Below the pieces are notes generated by a model. It was not told where the DNA came from. It searched no databases and saw only the letters and a program-made list of their open reading frames with translations. From a virus (taxonomy: Duplodnaviria; Caudoviricetes), in IMG/VR virus record IMGVR_UViG_3300005841_000939: a stretch of 64,000 nt of DNA. One strand, 5' to 3'. This document shows, piece after piece, positions 48,823-57,727 of the stretch; positions within the stretch are counted from its first letter, which is position 1, and every line of letters starts with the position of its first letter. The position numbers and the translations under genes are program-made.

Positions 48823-50039
48823 GCCAAAATAGCTTTCAATGTCTTGGCAAAGTATTTTATTTCTTCGTGGAGTACCAAGTGACTATTTCCAATGAAGAAT
48901 CCACAACGATCAATTTCATCTGCAACAGACATTGAACCAAATATTTCATGGTCCATGTACTTAATAACAGGATTTTTTGTAAAATTACCAGCAACAATAG
49001 GTCTACATTCAATTCCAGCGGCAACTAACTTTGAAACGACCTCATCACGTTTTGATGATGATTTGCCAGTCAAAATTATTGAGAATCCAAAATAACTATG
49101 TGTTGATTCATTATGACTTAATTGAATTCTAATATCTTTAATATCATGGGTTTCACTCATAAATGATAAAGCATTGTTTTGGCGCTGTTCAATCAAACCA
49201 TCTAATTTGTCTAATTGATGCAAGCCAATAGCTGCATAGATTTCATTTGGACGAAGATTATATCCTGGCAATACGAATCTGAACAAATCATTAAACGGTA
49301 CGCCATCTTTAACCCAAACATGGTTATTGACTGGCAATTCTCTTGTCCATCCGTGAGCACGAAGTGATAACATTATTTGATACAATTCTTCGTTGTTAGT
49401 GAGAGTTATACCACCTTCAACTGTGCAAATGTGATGTGAGAAGAATGAAGAAAATGTTCCTAACAAACCATGTGCTCCACAATATGCATTTTCATAAGTT
49501 GCGCCCATTGATTCACAATTGTCCTCAATAAGAATAAGATTATGAGCATCACAAAGCTTCTTTAAGCTTTTTAAATTGCATGGATTACCAAGCAAGTGAA
49601 CAGCAAGAATAGCTTTTGTTTTTGATGTAATTGCAGCTTCAACTAAACCAGCATCCATATTCAAAGTTTTTGGATCAATATCAACAAATTTGAGCTTCAA
49701 ATTATATTGTTGTAAAGGATAATATGTAGTACTCCAAGAAACTGCAGGGACGATAACTTCATCCCCTTCTTTTAATCCACCTTCTTTTTTGAACATCAAT
49801 GCGCCAATAGCAAGAAGATTAGCAGATGATCCACTATTGGACATGACTGCATATTTTGAACCAAATTTCTTAGCAAATTTCTCTTCAAACTGTTTTACGA
49901 TTGGTCCCATGGTGCATCTACCAGACTTAATAACGTCAATAGCTGCATTTATTTCACGTTCATCCCATGATGAACTCGCCAATGGATAAACAGGGACACC
50001 TTTGTTTTTATCTTTAAAAATTAATTCTGTCTCAGACAT
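48819..50039 (-). CDS. colD: GDP-4-keto-6-deoxy-D-mannose 3-dehydratase
   Basis: YPLASSSW, SGSSANLL, PAVSWSTTYYPLQQY, EDNCESMG, SFFSHH (His at the PLP-Lys position), RAHGWTR, GIECRPIV.GNF. Confidence 0.9.
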   Translation of the reverse strand: MSETELIFKDKNKGVPVYPLASSSWDEREINAAIDVIKSGRCTMGPIVKQFEEKFAKKFGSKYAVMSNSGSSANLLAIGALMFKKEGGLKEGDEVIVPAVSWSTTYYPLQQYNLKLKFVDIDPKTLNMDAGLVEAAITSKTKAILAVHLLGNPCNLKSLKKLCDAHNLILIEDNCESMGATYENAYCGAHGLLGTFSSFFSHHICTVEGGITLTNNEELYQIMLSLRAHGWTRELPVNNHVWVKDGVPFNDLFRFVLPGYNLRPNEIYAAIGLHQLDKLDGLIEQRQNNALSFMSETHDIKDIRIQLSHNESTHSYFGFSIILTGKSSSKRDEVVSKLVAAGIECRPIVAGNFTKNPVIKYMDHEIFGSMSVADEIDRCGFFIGNSHLVLHEEIKYFAKTLKAILA

Positions 50040-50051
50040 ACCTTACTCCAT

Positions 50052-50846
50052 TTATGCCCATACGTATTTGAGCGGACCGTGACACATATTATAGACTATG
50101 CCATGATTTACTTCTGTTGATAATCTTCTATTCTTTAGGAATTCAGCATTCAAATAATCCAACGGATCAGTATTTGAGTGATGATTTCCATTTTCTGTTT
50201 GTACTTTGTTGTTTGTTGAACAAATACATTTTTGATTTTCAAAGCAAATCATCAAGTTTTCACTTGGCATATTTCCACACATCCCACCTTCTAAACTGTT
50301 TGGTCCTCTAAAATTCATGTTATTGAGATATGCCAAAGAAGCAGTTCTAAAGATTTGGAATGATGCGATTGATGGAGGATAGCCCCAATCACCAGATAAA
50401 CCTTTCCAATTCCAACTTCTATCAGCATTGAATTGTGGTTGTGGTTGTGATCTATTTTCTGTGAAACAAAAGTTTACATAAGGTGCTAAACGTGGGCTTA
50501 CACAATAAATATCAGGATTTACTAAAAAAGCTCTTACTTCAGGTGAATCTAATGTGAAATGATTAATAAAAACGTCATCATCAACAATAAATGTTGTTAA
50601 TGGTCTGCCACCATGACTATTATAAGCTGCAATGGTATCTTGCCTGAAATTTGTTTCAAAAATCCATTTAAATTCTGGATGTAAGGCTTTGCAACGTTCA
50701 TAACCAATTCTGAAAAAATCATTACTATATTTGTAGATGATTGTATATTGTTGATCTTTCCAACCCATGAAATATTTTTTCAAAGTTGACAATGTCAAAT
50801 CAAGTTGTGCTGCTCTATCTTTGGAAAAAATTATTACATTAATCAT
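50052..50846 (-). CDS. Putative GT-A-like glycosyltransferase
   Basis: IFSKDRAAQL, FIVDDDVF; position in the sugar operon. Confidence 0.55.
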   Translation of the reverse strand: MINVIIFSKDRAAQLDLTLSTLKKYFMGWKDQQYTIIYKYSNDFFRIGYERCKALHPEFKWIFETNFRQDTIAAYNSHGGRPLTTFIVDDDVFINHFTLDSPEVRAFLVNPDIYCVSPRLAPYVNFCFTENRSQPQPQFNADRSWNWKGLSGDWGYPPSIASFQIFRTASLAYLNNMNFRGPNSLEGGMCGNMPSENLMICFENQKCICSTNNKVQTENGNHHSNTDPLDYLNAEFLKNRRLSTEVNHGIVYNMCHGPLKYVWA

Positions 50847-50848
50847 TA

Positions 50849-51574
50849 TTAGATCCTCTCACCGATCATATAAAATTGGCCACCATATAAATGATCAATT
50901 TTCTTTATGGTAAATTTGACGCCAGGAATTTGTAAATCTTTGAAATATGTTGTATTATCAATACCTTCAATTTCTTCTTGGAATGCAATCAAATACTTTT
51001 TAGCTTTAACTTTACTAAATACTTCATTTCTAAATGTTGCAGGACATTCAGAAATAGACCACATTGCTATAAACAAATCAACTTCTTTTTCAGGGATGCT
51101 AGTATTTAATAGTGTTGTATTATCAATACCTTCCAAGTAATATTCTTGAATAAGATTTAAGGTTGGGAAGTCAAAAATAGTGTAATCGGCTGGTCCAATA
51201 ACTTGATCAAAGACTTTTCTCAAACATCCATACCCACCACCAAATTCAAAAACACTTTTTACATCAGAATAATCTGATAATTGGCTCAAATGATATGCCT
51301 GATGAATTCCAGTATTTGATTGTTCTTTCAAGTTTGCAATAAATTTTGGTGGTAAAGCACCATATTCTAAGCCAATGTAATTATTAACTGTAATTTCCAT
51401 TGTATCAGTCAAAGGAACCCATGACCTAAAATTTCTAATATCTCCATTGATAATTAAATTAAGAAGTTGAACTTGCTTCTCTTGCCAATATTGAATTGAT
51501 TGTAAGTTAATTTCTTTCAGCAACTCTTGTGCTTTTTGTTTATAGTCGGTCACTTGATGTTTTCCTTGAACCAA
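50849..51574 (-). CDS. Putative sugar O-methyltransferase
   Basis: VFEFGGGYG, IFDFP, FIAMWSISE. Confidence 0.7.
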   Translation of the reverse strand: MVQGKHQVTDYKQKAQELLKEINLQSIQYWQEKQVQLLNLIINGDIRNFRSWVPLTDTMEITVNNYIGLEYGALPPKFIANLKEQSNTGIHQAYHLSQLSDYSDVKSVFEFGGGYGCLRKVFDQVIGPADYTIFDFPTLNLIQEYYLEGIDNTTLLNTSIPEKEVDLFIAMWSISECPATFRNEVFSKVKAKKYLIAFQEEIEGIDNTTYFKDLQIPGVKFTIKKIDHLYGGQFYMIGERI

Positions 51575-52479
51575 TTGTAAGTCTTAATAATACCATCTTC
51601 TAGAGAAATTTTTGATTTCCAGCCAAGATTTGCGAGCTTTGTTACATCCATTATTTTTCTTGGCATGCCGTCTGGTCTGCTAGAATCCCAATGAATTTCG
51701 CCAGTGTATCCAACAATACGTTTTATTGTTTCTGATAACTCTTTGATTGTACAATCTGTACCAGAACCTACATTAATATGTTCTGAATTGTCATAATTGT
51801 GCATTAAAAATATGCAAGCATCAGCAACATCTTCAACGTGTAGGAATTCTCTACGGGCAGAGCCAGTTCCTAAACATTGTACAAATTCTTTTTTTTCAAT
51901 TTTTGCTTCATGAAATTTTCTGATCAATCCGCTCATAACATGTGATGTTTTTAGGTCAAAATTATCATTTTGACCATATAAATTGCATGGCATACATGAA
52001 ATAAAATTGTCATTATATTGCTTTTTATATGCTGCACATAGCTTCAAACCAGCAATTTTAGCAAGCGCATACATTTCATTAGTTGGTTCAACTGGTCCTG
52101 TCAATAAATATTCTTCTTTCATTGGCTGAGGGCATTCTCTAGGATAAATACAAGAGCTTCCCATAAATAAAAGCTTTTTAACTTTCATTTCATGTGCCGA
52201 TTGAATTACGTTATTCTGCATCATTAGATTTTCATAGCCAAACACTGCTGGAGAACTGATGTTGGCCATAATACCACCAACTTTTGCAGCTAAAAAGAAA
52301 ATGTGAGATGGTTCTATGGTTGCGAATACTTCTCTAACTTCTTTCTGTTCCAACAAATTCAAATGAGAACTTCTTGGAGAATAAACATTTTCATAACCTT
52401 GACTTTTTAGTTTTGAAATAAGGGTTTTGCCAACCATTCCATTACCACCAAGAACTAGGATATTAGATGTTTTATGCAT
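51550..52479 (-). CDS. fcl: GDP-L-fucose synthase-family reductase (Fcl/ColC)
   Basis: GGNGMVG, AAKVGGI.AN, GSSCIYP, YALAK, NLYG, SHV, RREFLHVED, DGMPRK. Confidence 0.93.
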   Translation of the reverse strand: MHKTSNILVLGGNGMVGKTLISKLKSQGYENVYSPRSSHLNLLEQKEVREVFATIEPSHIFFLAAKVGGIMANISSPAVFGYENLMMQNNVIQSAHEMKVKKLLFMGSSCIYPRECPQPMKEEYLLTGPVEPTNEMYALAKIAGLKLCAAYKKQYNDNFISCMPCNLYGQNDNFDLKTSHVMSGLIRKFHEAKIEKKEFVQCLGTGSARREFLHVEDVADACIFLMHNYDNSEHINVGSGTDCTIKELSETIKRIVGYTGEIHWDSSRPDGMPRKIMDVTKLANLGWKSKISLEDGIIKTYNWFKENIK

Positions 52480-53528
52480 TAGATACCTGCTTTCGCTAAA
52501 TCAGAATTTACCATATCAGCAACTAAATCATCAAATGAAAATTCAGGTTGCCAGCCAAGAACAGTTTTGGCCTTTGTTGGATTTCCAAGTAAATAATCAA
52601 CTTCAGATGGTCTATAATATTTAGGATTGACTTGTACGACAACTTCGCCATCTACAATACCTTTTTCAGAGTCTTTATGACCTTCCCATGCAATTGTTTT
52701 TCCAATATGCTTAAACGATTTCTCTATGAATTCTTTAACAGTATGTGTTTCACCAGTAGCAATCACATAATCATCTGGTTTATTTTGTTGAAGGATAAGC
52801 CATTGTGCTCTTACATAGTCTTTTGCATGCCCCCAATCACGGTAAGCATCCATATTGCCTATTTGTAAAGCCTTTGTATTTTTTGGATCTTTGACCCATT
52901 TAGCAAGCCATAATGTTATTTTTCTTGTAACAAAGGTTTCACCACGTCTTGGGCCTTCATGATTAAAAAGGAGCCCATTACATCCAAAAATGTCATACGC
53001 TTCACGATAATTGCGTGTAATCCAATATGCATAGATTTTTGCACAACCATAAGGTGAACGTGGATGAAATGGCGATGTTTCCACATATCCGCCTTCTGGC
53101 ATATTATAAGCCATACCTCCAAACATTTCACTGGTACTGGCTTGATAAACTTTAGTGGTTGGTGAGAAGTTTTTTACTGCTTCTAAGATATAAAGTGACC
53201 CTAAACCATCAACCTGTGCTGTAAAGTTTGGAATATCAAAGCTTACCTTAACATGTGACTGTGCAGCTAAGTTATAAATTTCGTTAGGCTTTAGATCGTA
53301 AATGAGTTTTCCTATAATATTTGAGTCAACCATATCCCCATAATGCAGGAAGAACGTCTTGCCAAAAATCTCAGAATCATTTATGATATGATCAATTCGG
53401 TCAGTATTAATTGTTGAGGCTCTACGTATAATTCCATGGACTTCATATCCTTTACTCAAAAGAAGTTCAAGAAGATAGGAACCATCTTGTCCTGTTATGC
53501 CCGTTATCAAAGCGCGCTTAGTTGCCAT
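52479..53528 (-). CDS. gmd: GDP-mannose 4,6-dehydratase
   Basis: GITGQDGSYL, NLAAQSHV, QASTSE, PRSPYGCAK, NHEGPRRGETFVTRK, RDWGHAKDY. Confidence 0.97.
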   Translation of the reverse strand: MATKRALITGITGQDGSYLLELLLSKGYEVHGIIRRASTINTDRIDHIINDSEIFGKTFFLHYGDMVDSNIIGKLIYDLKPNEIYNLAAQSHVKVSFDIPNFTAQVDGLGSLYILEAVKNFSPTTKVYQASTSEMFGGMAYNMPEGGYVETSPFHPRSPYGCAKIYAYWITRNYREAYDIFGCNGLLFNHEGPRRGETFVTRKITLWLAKWVKDPKNTKALQIGNMDAYRDWGHAKDYVRAQWLILQQNKPDDYVIATGETHTVKEFIEKSFKHIGKTIAWEGHKDSEKGIVDGEVVVQVNPKYYRPSEVDYLLGNPTKAKTVLGWQPEFSFDDLVADMVNSDLAKAGI

Positions 53529-53529
53529 A

Positions 53530-53591
53530 AAACCCTTTACATATGAATCGTTTTGCTAGAATAATTCTATTCATAATTAGGGGAAAATCAT
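53530..53591. promoter_or_regulatory. Divergent promoter region with inverted -10 boxes TAGAAT-A-ATTCTA
   Basis: + strand TTTACA-N15-TAGAAT; - strand ATGATT-N16-TAGAAT. Confidence 0.55.
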
Positions 53592-54201
53592 GTTAGATGT
53601 AAAGCAAACACAAGCTGAACCAGATTCATTTATAGATCCTATTAGTTTAACAGTTAAAATGGATGATAAAACTGTTGTAATTAATAATGCTTTGATTGAA
53701 AATTATTTAAATTTTTGTGATCGTTCGTTTTTTGTAGAATATGCTGTTGAAAATATCTTGAAAGAGAAATTTGGTATTGTTGAAAAGGATGCTGCGAAAC
53801 AAGTGTCAGATTATTTTCTTTTCTTGGAACGAACCAATAAAAATGAGAATTTTTTCAAGAAAATAGCAGAAGATATTACAAATAATCTTGCAATTAATAA
53901 CACATTAATTATGAATTTATTGGAATCAAATGACCATACAAAAAATGTTAAGGTTGTTAATACTCCAAGATTTGTAGATCAGTATGGTGAAGAACATCAA
54001 ACAAAATTCGCAGTTGCTAAAAATAGTGAAGTATCCGGGGATGACTTTATAAAAATTTCTCCTGAAAACTTTAATGTATTTAATAAACAATTTGTAAGTG
54101 GTGTACTTAATACAGTTTTAAACAACAACATGAAATATGTTTATAAAATTGTTATTACCTTTGCAGATGGATTTTTTAAATTTGGTGTTTACGGTTGTTA
54201 A
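53590..54201 (+). CDS. Hypothetical protein
   Basis: ORF with AGGGG SD. Confidence 0.7.
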   Translation: MLDVKQTQAEPDSFIDPISLTVKMDDKTVVINNALIENYLNFCDRSFFVEYAVENILKEKFGIVEKDAAKQVSDYFLFLERTNKNENFFKKIAEDITNNLAINNTLIMNLLESNDHTKNVKVVNTPRFVDQYGEEHQTKFAVAKNSEVSGDDFIKISPENFNVFNKQFVSGVLNTVLNNNMKYVYKIVITFADGFFKFGVYGC

Positions 54202-54219
54202 TAAAAACTTAACAATACA

Positions 54220-54227
54220 TATAAATA
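54220..54227 (+). promoter_or_regulatory. Late promoter TATAAATA
   Basis: Exact intergenic match. Confidence 0.6.
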
Positions 54228-54259
54228 ATATTACTAAAAGATTGTAGAAAGGTACAATT

Positions 54260-54406
54260 TTGTCTCAAACACAGCCTCAAATACAAGATTTCAGTAAACA
54301 AGAATTGAAGTTATTGAAGAATATGATTGAACAATATGCTGATACCAATCGTGCAATTGTCAAAAGCACCCTTGATAAAATAGAAGAAAAGATTAAGATT
54401 TCATAA
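54260..54406 (+). CDS. Small hypothetical protein, 48 aa, TTG start (not in the ORF track)
   Basis: AAGG SD; TAATG overlap with the next gene. Confidence 0.55.
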   Translation: MSQTQPQIQDFSKQELKLLKNMIEQYADTNRAIVKSTLDKIEEKIKIS

Positions 54407-54792
54407 TGTCACAATACGAAGAAATAAAAGTTTATTTAGAAAAAACTGATAAAGAAGAAATAAAAGAATTTTTCAAAGCTTATACTAAAGAAGAACACAA
54501 AACTGTTGAACTTTTCAAAGTTATAACAGATGTTGATAGAGAAGTTCATCAAGCTGACTGGGTTTTCCGTTATTTTTATTATCGTGATTTGATCATTGAA
54601 AACAAATCAGACGATGATGTTGTTGGTTTCTTAAAAGAAATTATTGCACAAAATCAAAAGGTTTGGGATGATTATGTTGGCGGGAAAGATGGAGCCAGTG
54701 GCCGCTTTATAGGTGGTTTGGTTGGAAAATACAAGGTACCTGCCGAGAAAGCTAAAGAAGTAGTTGAAAAAATGCGTATTTCTAAGGATTAA
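54406..54792 (+). CDS. Protein with GatB/YqeY-tail-like C-terminus
   Basis: EIIAQNQKVWDDYVGGKDGASGRFIGGLV resembles GatB VLAANP..V..YK.GK....FFVGQVM. Confidence 0.5.
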   Translation: MSQYEEIKVYLEKTDKEEIKEFFKAYTKEEHKTVELFKVITDVDREVHQADWVFRYFYYRDLIIENKSDDDVVGFLKEIIAQNQKVWDDYVGGKDGASGRFIGGLVGKYKVPAEKAKEVVEKMRISKD

Positions 54793-54799
54793 ATTAATC

Positions 54800-54827
54800 T
54801 TTACAAATTAATTGGTGTCGCTAGTAT
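54800..54827 (+). promoter_or_regulatory. Promoter TTTACA-N16-TAGTAT
   Basis: Spacer counted by hand. Confidence 0.65.
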
Positions 54828-54846
54828 TCCACGCAAGGAATGACAC

Positions 54847-55404
54847 ATGTCCGATAAAATTCATCGCAATGTGGTTGTAAAGACCTGTGAAAACATCATC
54901 TTCAATGTCAAATGGGGATTGATGTTGTTTTATATCGGACTAATTGTGGTATTTGGCGTGTATGCTTATACCTTTATCCTTGATATAATTGGTATAATCC
55001 GTGGTACAAATCATACGATGGAAGGTATGAAGATTATTATCCTGGATTTCATAGATGTAGTCATGGTTGCAAATCTGACTAAAATGATTATCGCAGGATC
55101 ATATCACAGCTTTGTTTCTAAGGAACATCAGCGCAAAAATGAGGAAGTTTCAAGTGGTGTCCTGAAAACCAAAATCAGTACATCAATTATTGTTCTCGCA
55201 ATGATCAATATATTGAAAACCTTTATAGCAGCAAGTGAACATCACGTTGAAATGATTGTTGTCTATCAGCAATTAATGATGTTTGGTGCATTTTTAGTTG
55301 GTGCATGTGTGCTTGGTGCGTTAGAATATCTCCATATCAAAGGTGAAAAGATTGAACATGATATTCACCATAATGACAAAAAGAAAGATGATTCCCATGA
55401 ATAA
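54847..55404 (+). CDS. YqhA (UPF0114)-family membrane protein
   Basis: LDFIDVVMVANL.KMII.GSY..FVSK..SGVLK.K...II.L..I.ILKTFI; several TM helices. Confidence 0.8.
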   Translation: MSDKIHRNVVVKTCENIIFNVKWGLMLFYIGLIVVFGVYAYTFILDIIGIIRGTNHTMEGMKIIILDFIDVVMVANLTKMIIAGSYHSFVSKEHQRKNEEVSSGVLKTKISTSIIVLAMINILKTFIAASEHHVEMIVVYQQLMMFGAFLVGACVLGALEYLHIKGEKIEHDIHHNDKKKDDSHE

Positions 55405-55981
55405 GACTCTCATATTCCTCGCAATTGTTTCCATGTTGCTCATCGTTGGATGTGGGCATGATAAGAAGGTCTCCCACCATCACAAGAAAGCAGTTGAAAA
55501 AGAAGTCGCACATAAAAATGTGGACAAGATACACGAATATATTGTCCAACAACCAGACAATTCATTTCTGTATTGGTATTTAATTTATGGTAATAATTCC
55601 ACTTATTACTATTCAAGTCCTAGACCAACGGCAAATTTTTCAGGTGTACAGTTCTCATCAAGTCCAAATACATCTGTAAATGGTGTTGCTACGAGAAGTG
55701 TTCCTGTAGAAGTCAAAGAAGCAGTTGAAAAAGGTGTTGATAAAGGTGAGCTTGAAACTGAGGCTGAACAGGAACCTGAAATTGTTGATGAAACAGAAAT
55801 TGCTGGAGTAGAAAATCCAGATGATGCAGCAGATAATCCTGCAACAGAAAGTTCCGAATCAGAAAGTGCATCTGAGAGTTCATCTGAATCCTCAAGTAGT
55901 GATTCCTCGTCAAGTTCAGGTAGTGGGGATTCAAGTTCTTCATCATCAGGCGATTCTGGTGGAGGTGGTGGGGGCGATTAA
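55397..55981 (+). CDS. Lipoprotein with acidic Ser/Gly-rich tail
   Basis: MNKTLIFLAIVSMLLIVG-C lipobox; SSSSDSSSSSGSGD..GGGGGD. Confidence 0.75.
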   Translation: MNKTLIFLAIVSMLLIVGCGHDKKVSHHHKKAVEKEVAHKNVDKIHEYIVQQPDNSFLYWYLIYGNNSTYYYSSPRPTANFSGVQFSSSPNTSVNGVATRSVPVEVKEAVEKGVDKGELETEAEQEPEIVDETEIAGVENPDDAADNPATESSESESASESSSESSSSDSSSSSGSGDSSSSSSGDSGGGGGGD

Positions 55982-56019
55982 GTATTGTCTTCACTGTGAA
56001 ATAGTTTAAAATAATTGGC

Positions 56020-56232
56020 ATGCCATCGCCAATTATAAAATATTTTGAATATAGTCATTTATCTGCTAAACTACAAGTTGTTAGTAAACAATTATGTGAT
56101 GTAGCAAAAGCATTAGATGCAAGCTTACCTGATGGTCCAGAAAAGTCTGCTGGACTTCGTAAATTGCTTGAAGCAAAAGATTGTTTTGTTAGGGTTGCAG
56201 TGGATATTAAAATAGATGACAACCTTACCTAA
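56020..56232 (+). CDS. Small conserved-type phage helical-hairpin protein
   Basis: YFEYSHL..LPDGPEKSAGLRKLLEAKDCFVR. Confidence 0.75.
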   Translation: MPSPIIKYFEYSHLSAKLQVVSKQLCDVAKALDASLPDGPEKSAGLRKLLEAKDCFVRVAVDIKIDDNLT

Positions 56233-56509
56233 TAAGCCTTACATGTTCTACTACATAGTAGAAGAAGAATCTAAATCATTATTTGAAAGAATTTATAAAG
56301 ATGTACTTGTTGGATTTTTAAGTCGCATATGTAACTCAGATAAAGAGGAATTGCATAAAAAATATTCAAGATTCAATAATCAACCAGATTTTTTTGAAAA
56401 AATAATGGAACGATCAATAAAATCTATTTCTGTACACAATAAAAATGATGAAATAATTAAAAGAGAAAAAATTAAAAAAGAACCAGGATTTTTGAGGTTT
56501 TATCCATGA
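56216..56509 (+). CDS. Hypothetical protein
   Basis: ORF. Confidence 0.6.
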   Translation: MTTLPNKPYMFYYIVEEESKSLFERIYKDVLVGFLSRICNSDKEELHKKYSRFNNQPDFFEKIMERSIKSISVHNKNDEIIKREKIKKEPGFLRFYP

Positions 56510-56847
56510 AAGTTATCATTGCAGGAAAAAGAGATTATTATAAATATGAAGCTGTCCAAGAAGCAGTTAAGGCGAGTGGATTTGTAATAACTGAAGAAGT
56601 TTCTGGTGCTGCATCTGGTGTTGATGCTTTGGGTGAAAAATGGGCCAAAGATAATAACGTCCCTATCAAACGTTTTCCTGCCGATTGGGGTAAGAATGGT
56701 AAAGCTGCTGGACCTATTCGTAATAAACAAATGGCAGATTATGCGGAAGCATTAATTGCCCTTTGGGATGGTAATAGTAAGGGTACAGCTAACATGATTA
56801 TGCAAGCAAGAAATGCTGGACTAAAAGTTTTCGTCTATAAAATATGA
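56506..56847 (+). CDS. SLOG-superfamily (YspA/DUF2493-like) protein
   Basis: KVIIAG.R, VSG.A.GVD.LGE.WA, ADW...G.AAGPIRN..MA, WDG.SKGT. Confidence 0.85.
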   Translation: MKVIIAGKRDYYKYEAVQEAVKASGFVITEEVSGAASGVDALGEKWAKDNNVPIKRFPADWGKNGKAAGPIRNKQMADYAEALIALWDGNSKGTANMIMQARNAGLKVFVYKI

Positions 56848-56850
56848 CGC

Positions 56851-57717
56851 ATGCTATTTACCGAAGAGTCACTTTTCAATAAAATTGAAGAAAATCTATC
56901 AAAAAATTTAATATACGATAAACCTGATTATAACATAAACGTTTTATATTCAGGAGGATGTGATAGCACATTGGTATTGTTTGATATTTTAGTAAGTCTA
57001 AAATCTAAAAATGATGGTAGAGATATTGATGCATATTGTTTTACGCATGGCCAATTAGGTCATAAAGTTGTTATGGAGCGTAAAGCCCGTGACAGTTTTT
57101 TAAAGCATATGAAAGCAAACGGATACATTAACAATGTGATTGTCCATGAAATTGAGCTTCCTAAAGAAGTTATCTATGCACAAAGATGTGGTCAACCTGC
57201 ATTATGGATTTCAAATATTCTTCCATTGATTAGAGATAAATCGTTGATTTATGCTGGGTATCATCAAGGTGATTGTTTTCTATCGTATGGAGTTCATAGA
57301 GATTGGTTAAAAGCTACAACTGGTTTACTAAATCTTTATGGAAAATTTGATGTAGAAATAACATATCCCCTTCAAAATGCATCTAAGGAAGATATTCTAA
57401 GAAGATTGCGATATGAGAGAATTTATGATTTTACATGGCATTGTGAAACTGTTTATGCTAGTACTGAAACTCCATGCGGAAACTGTGCACCTTGTAAATT
57501 ACACAGAGCATCATTGCATTTAATTGAATTGGATGAAGCTAAGCTGGCGGAAGAACGCGCCAAATATATCGTTTGTTCTACTGATAGAGATATTCCTATA
57601 ACAAAAGATTTTAAATCAGAAGAATCCGTTCAAGAAACCAAAGATGTGTTAATTAAAGAATTGAGTTGTGAAATGATGAGTACTGATCACGATATTATAA
57701 AAGAATTTTCGCCATAA
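56851..57717 (+). CDS. QueC-like PP-loop ATPase with Zn cluster
   Basis: LYSGGCDST, HGQ, YAG...GD, YPL...KEDI, TWHC-x10-CGNCAPC. Confidence 0.7.
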   Translation: MLFTEESLFNKIEENLSKNLIYDKPDYNINVLYSGGCDSTLVLFDILVSLKSKNDGRDIDAYCFTHGQLGHKVVMERKARDSFLKHMKANGYINNVIVHEIELPKEVIYAQRCGQPALWISNILPLIRDKSLIYAGYHQGDCFLSYGVHRDWLKATTGLLNLYGKFDVEITYPLQNASKEDILRRLRYERIYDFTWHCETVYASTETPCGNCAPCKLHRASLHLIELDEAKLAEERAKYIVCSTDRDIPITKDFKSEESVQETKDVLIKELSCEMMSTDHDIIKEFSP

Positions 57718-57727
57718 GGTATATTAT

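Noticed and set aside
48819-50039. Perosamine synthase or DegT-type aminotransferase
   Set aside because: It has His rather than Lys at the Schiff-base position and extensive ColD-like segments.
45604-51574. FkbM or the O-methyltransferase as the cognate DNA methylase for the PvuII-like enzyme
   Set aside because: No DPPY/SPPY/NPPY or PC motifs; both are small-molecule/sugar type and sit in the glycan island.
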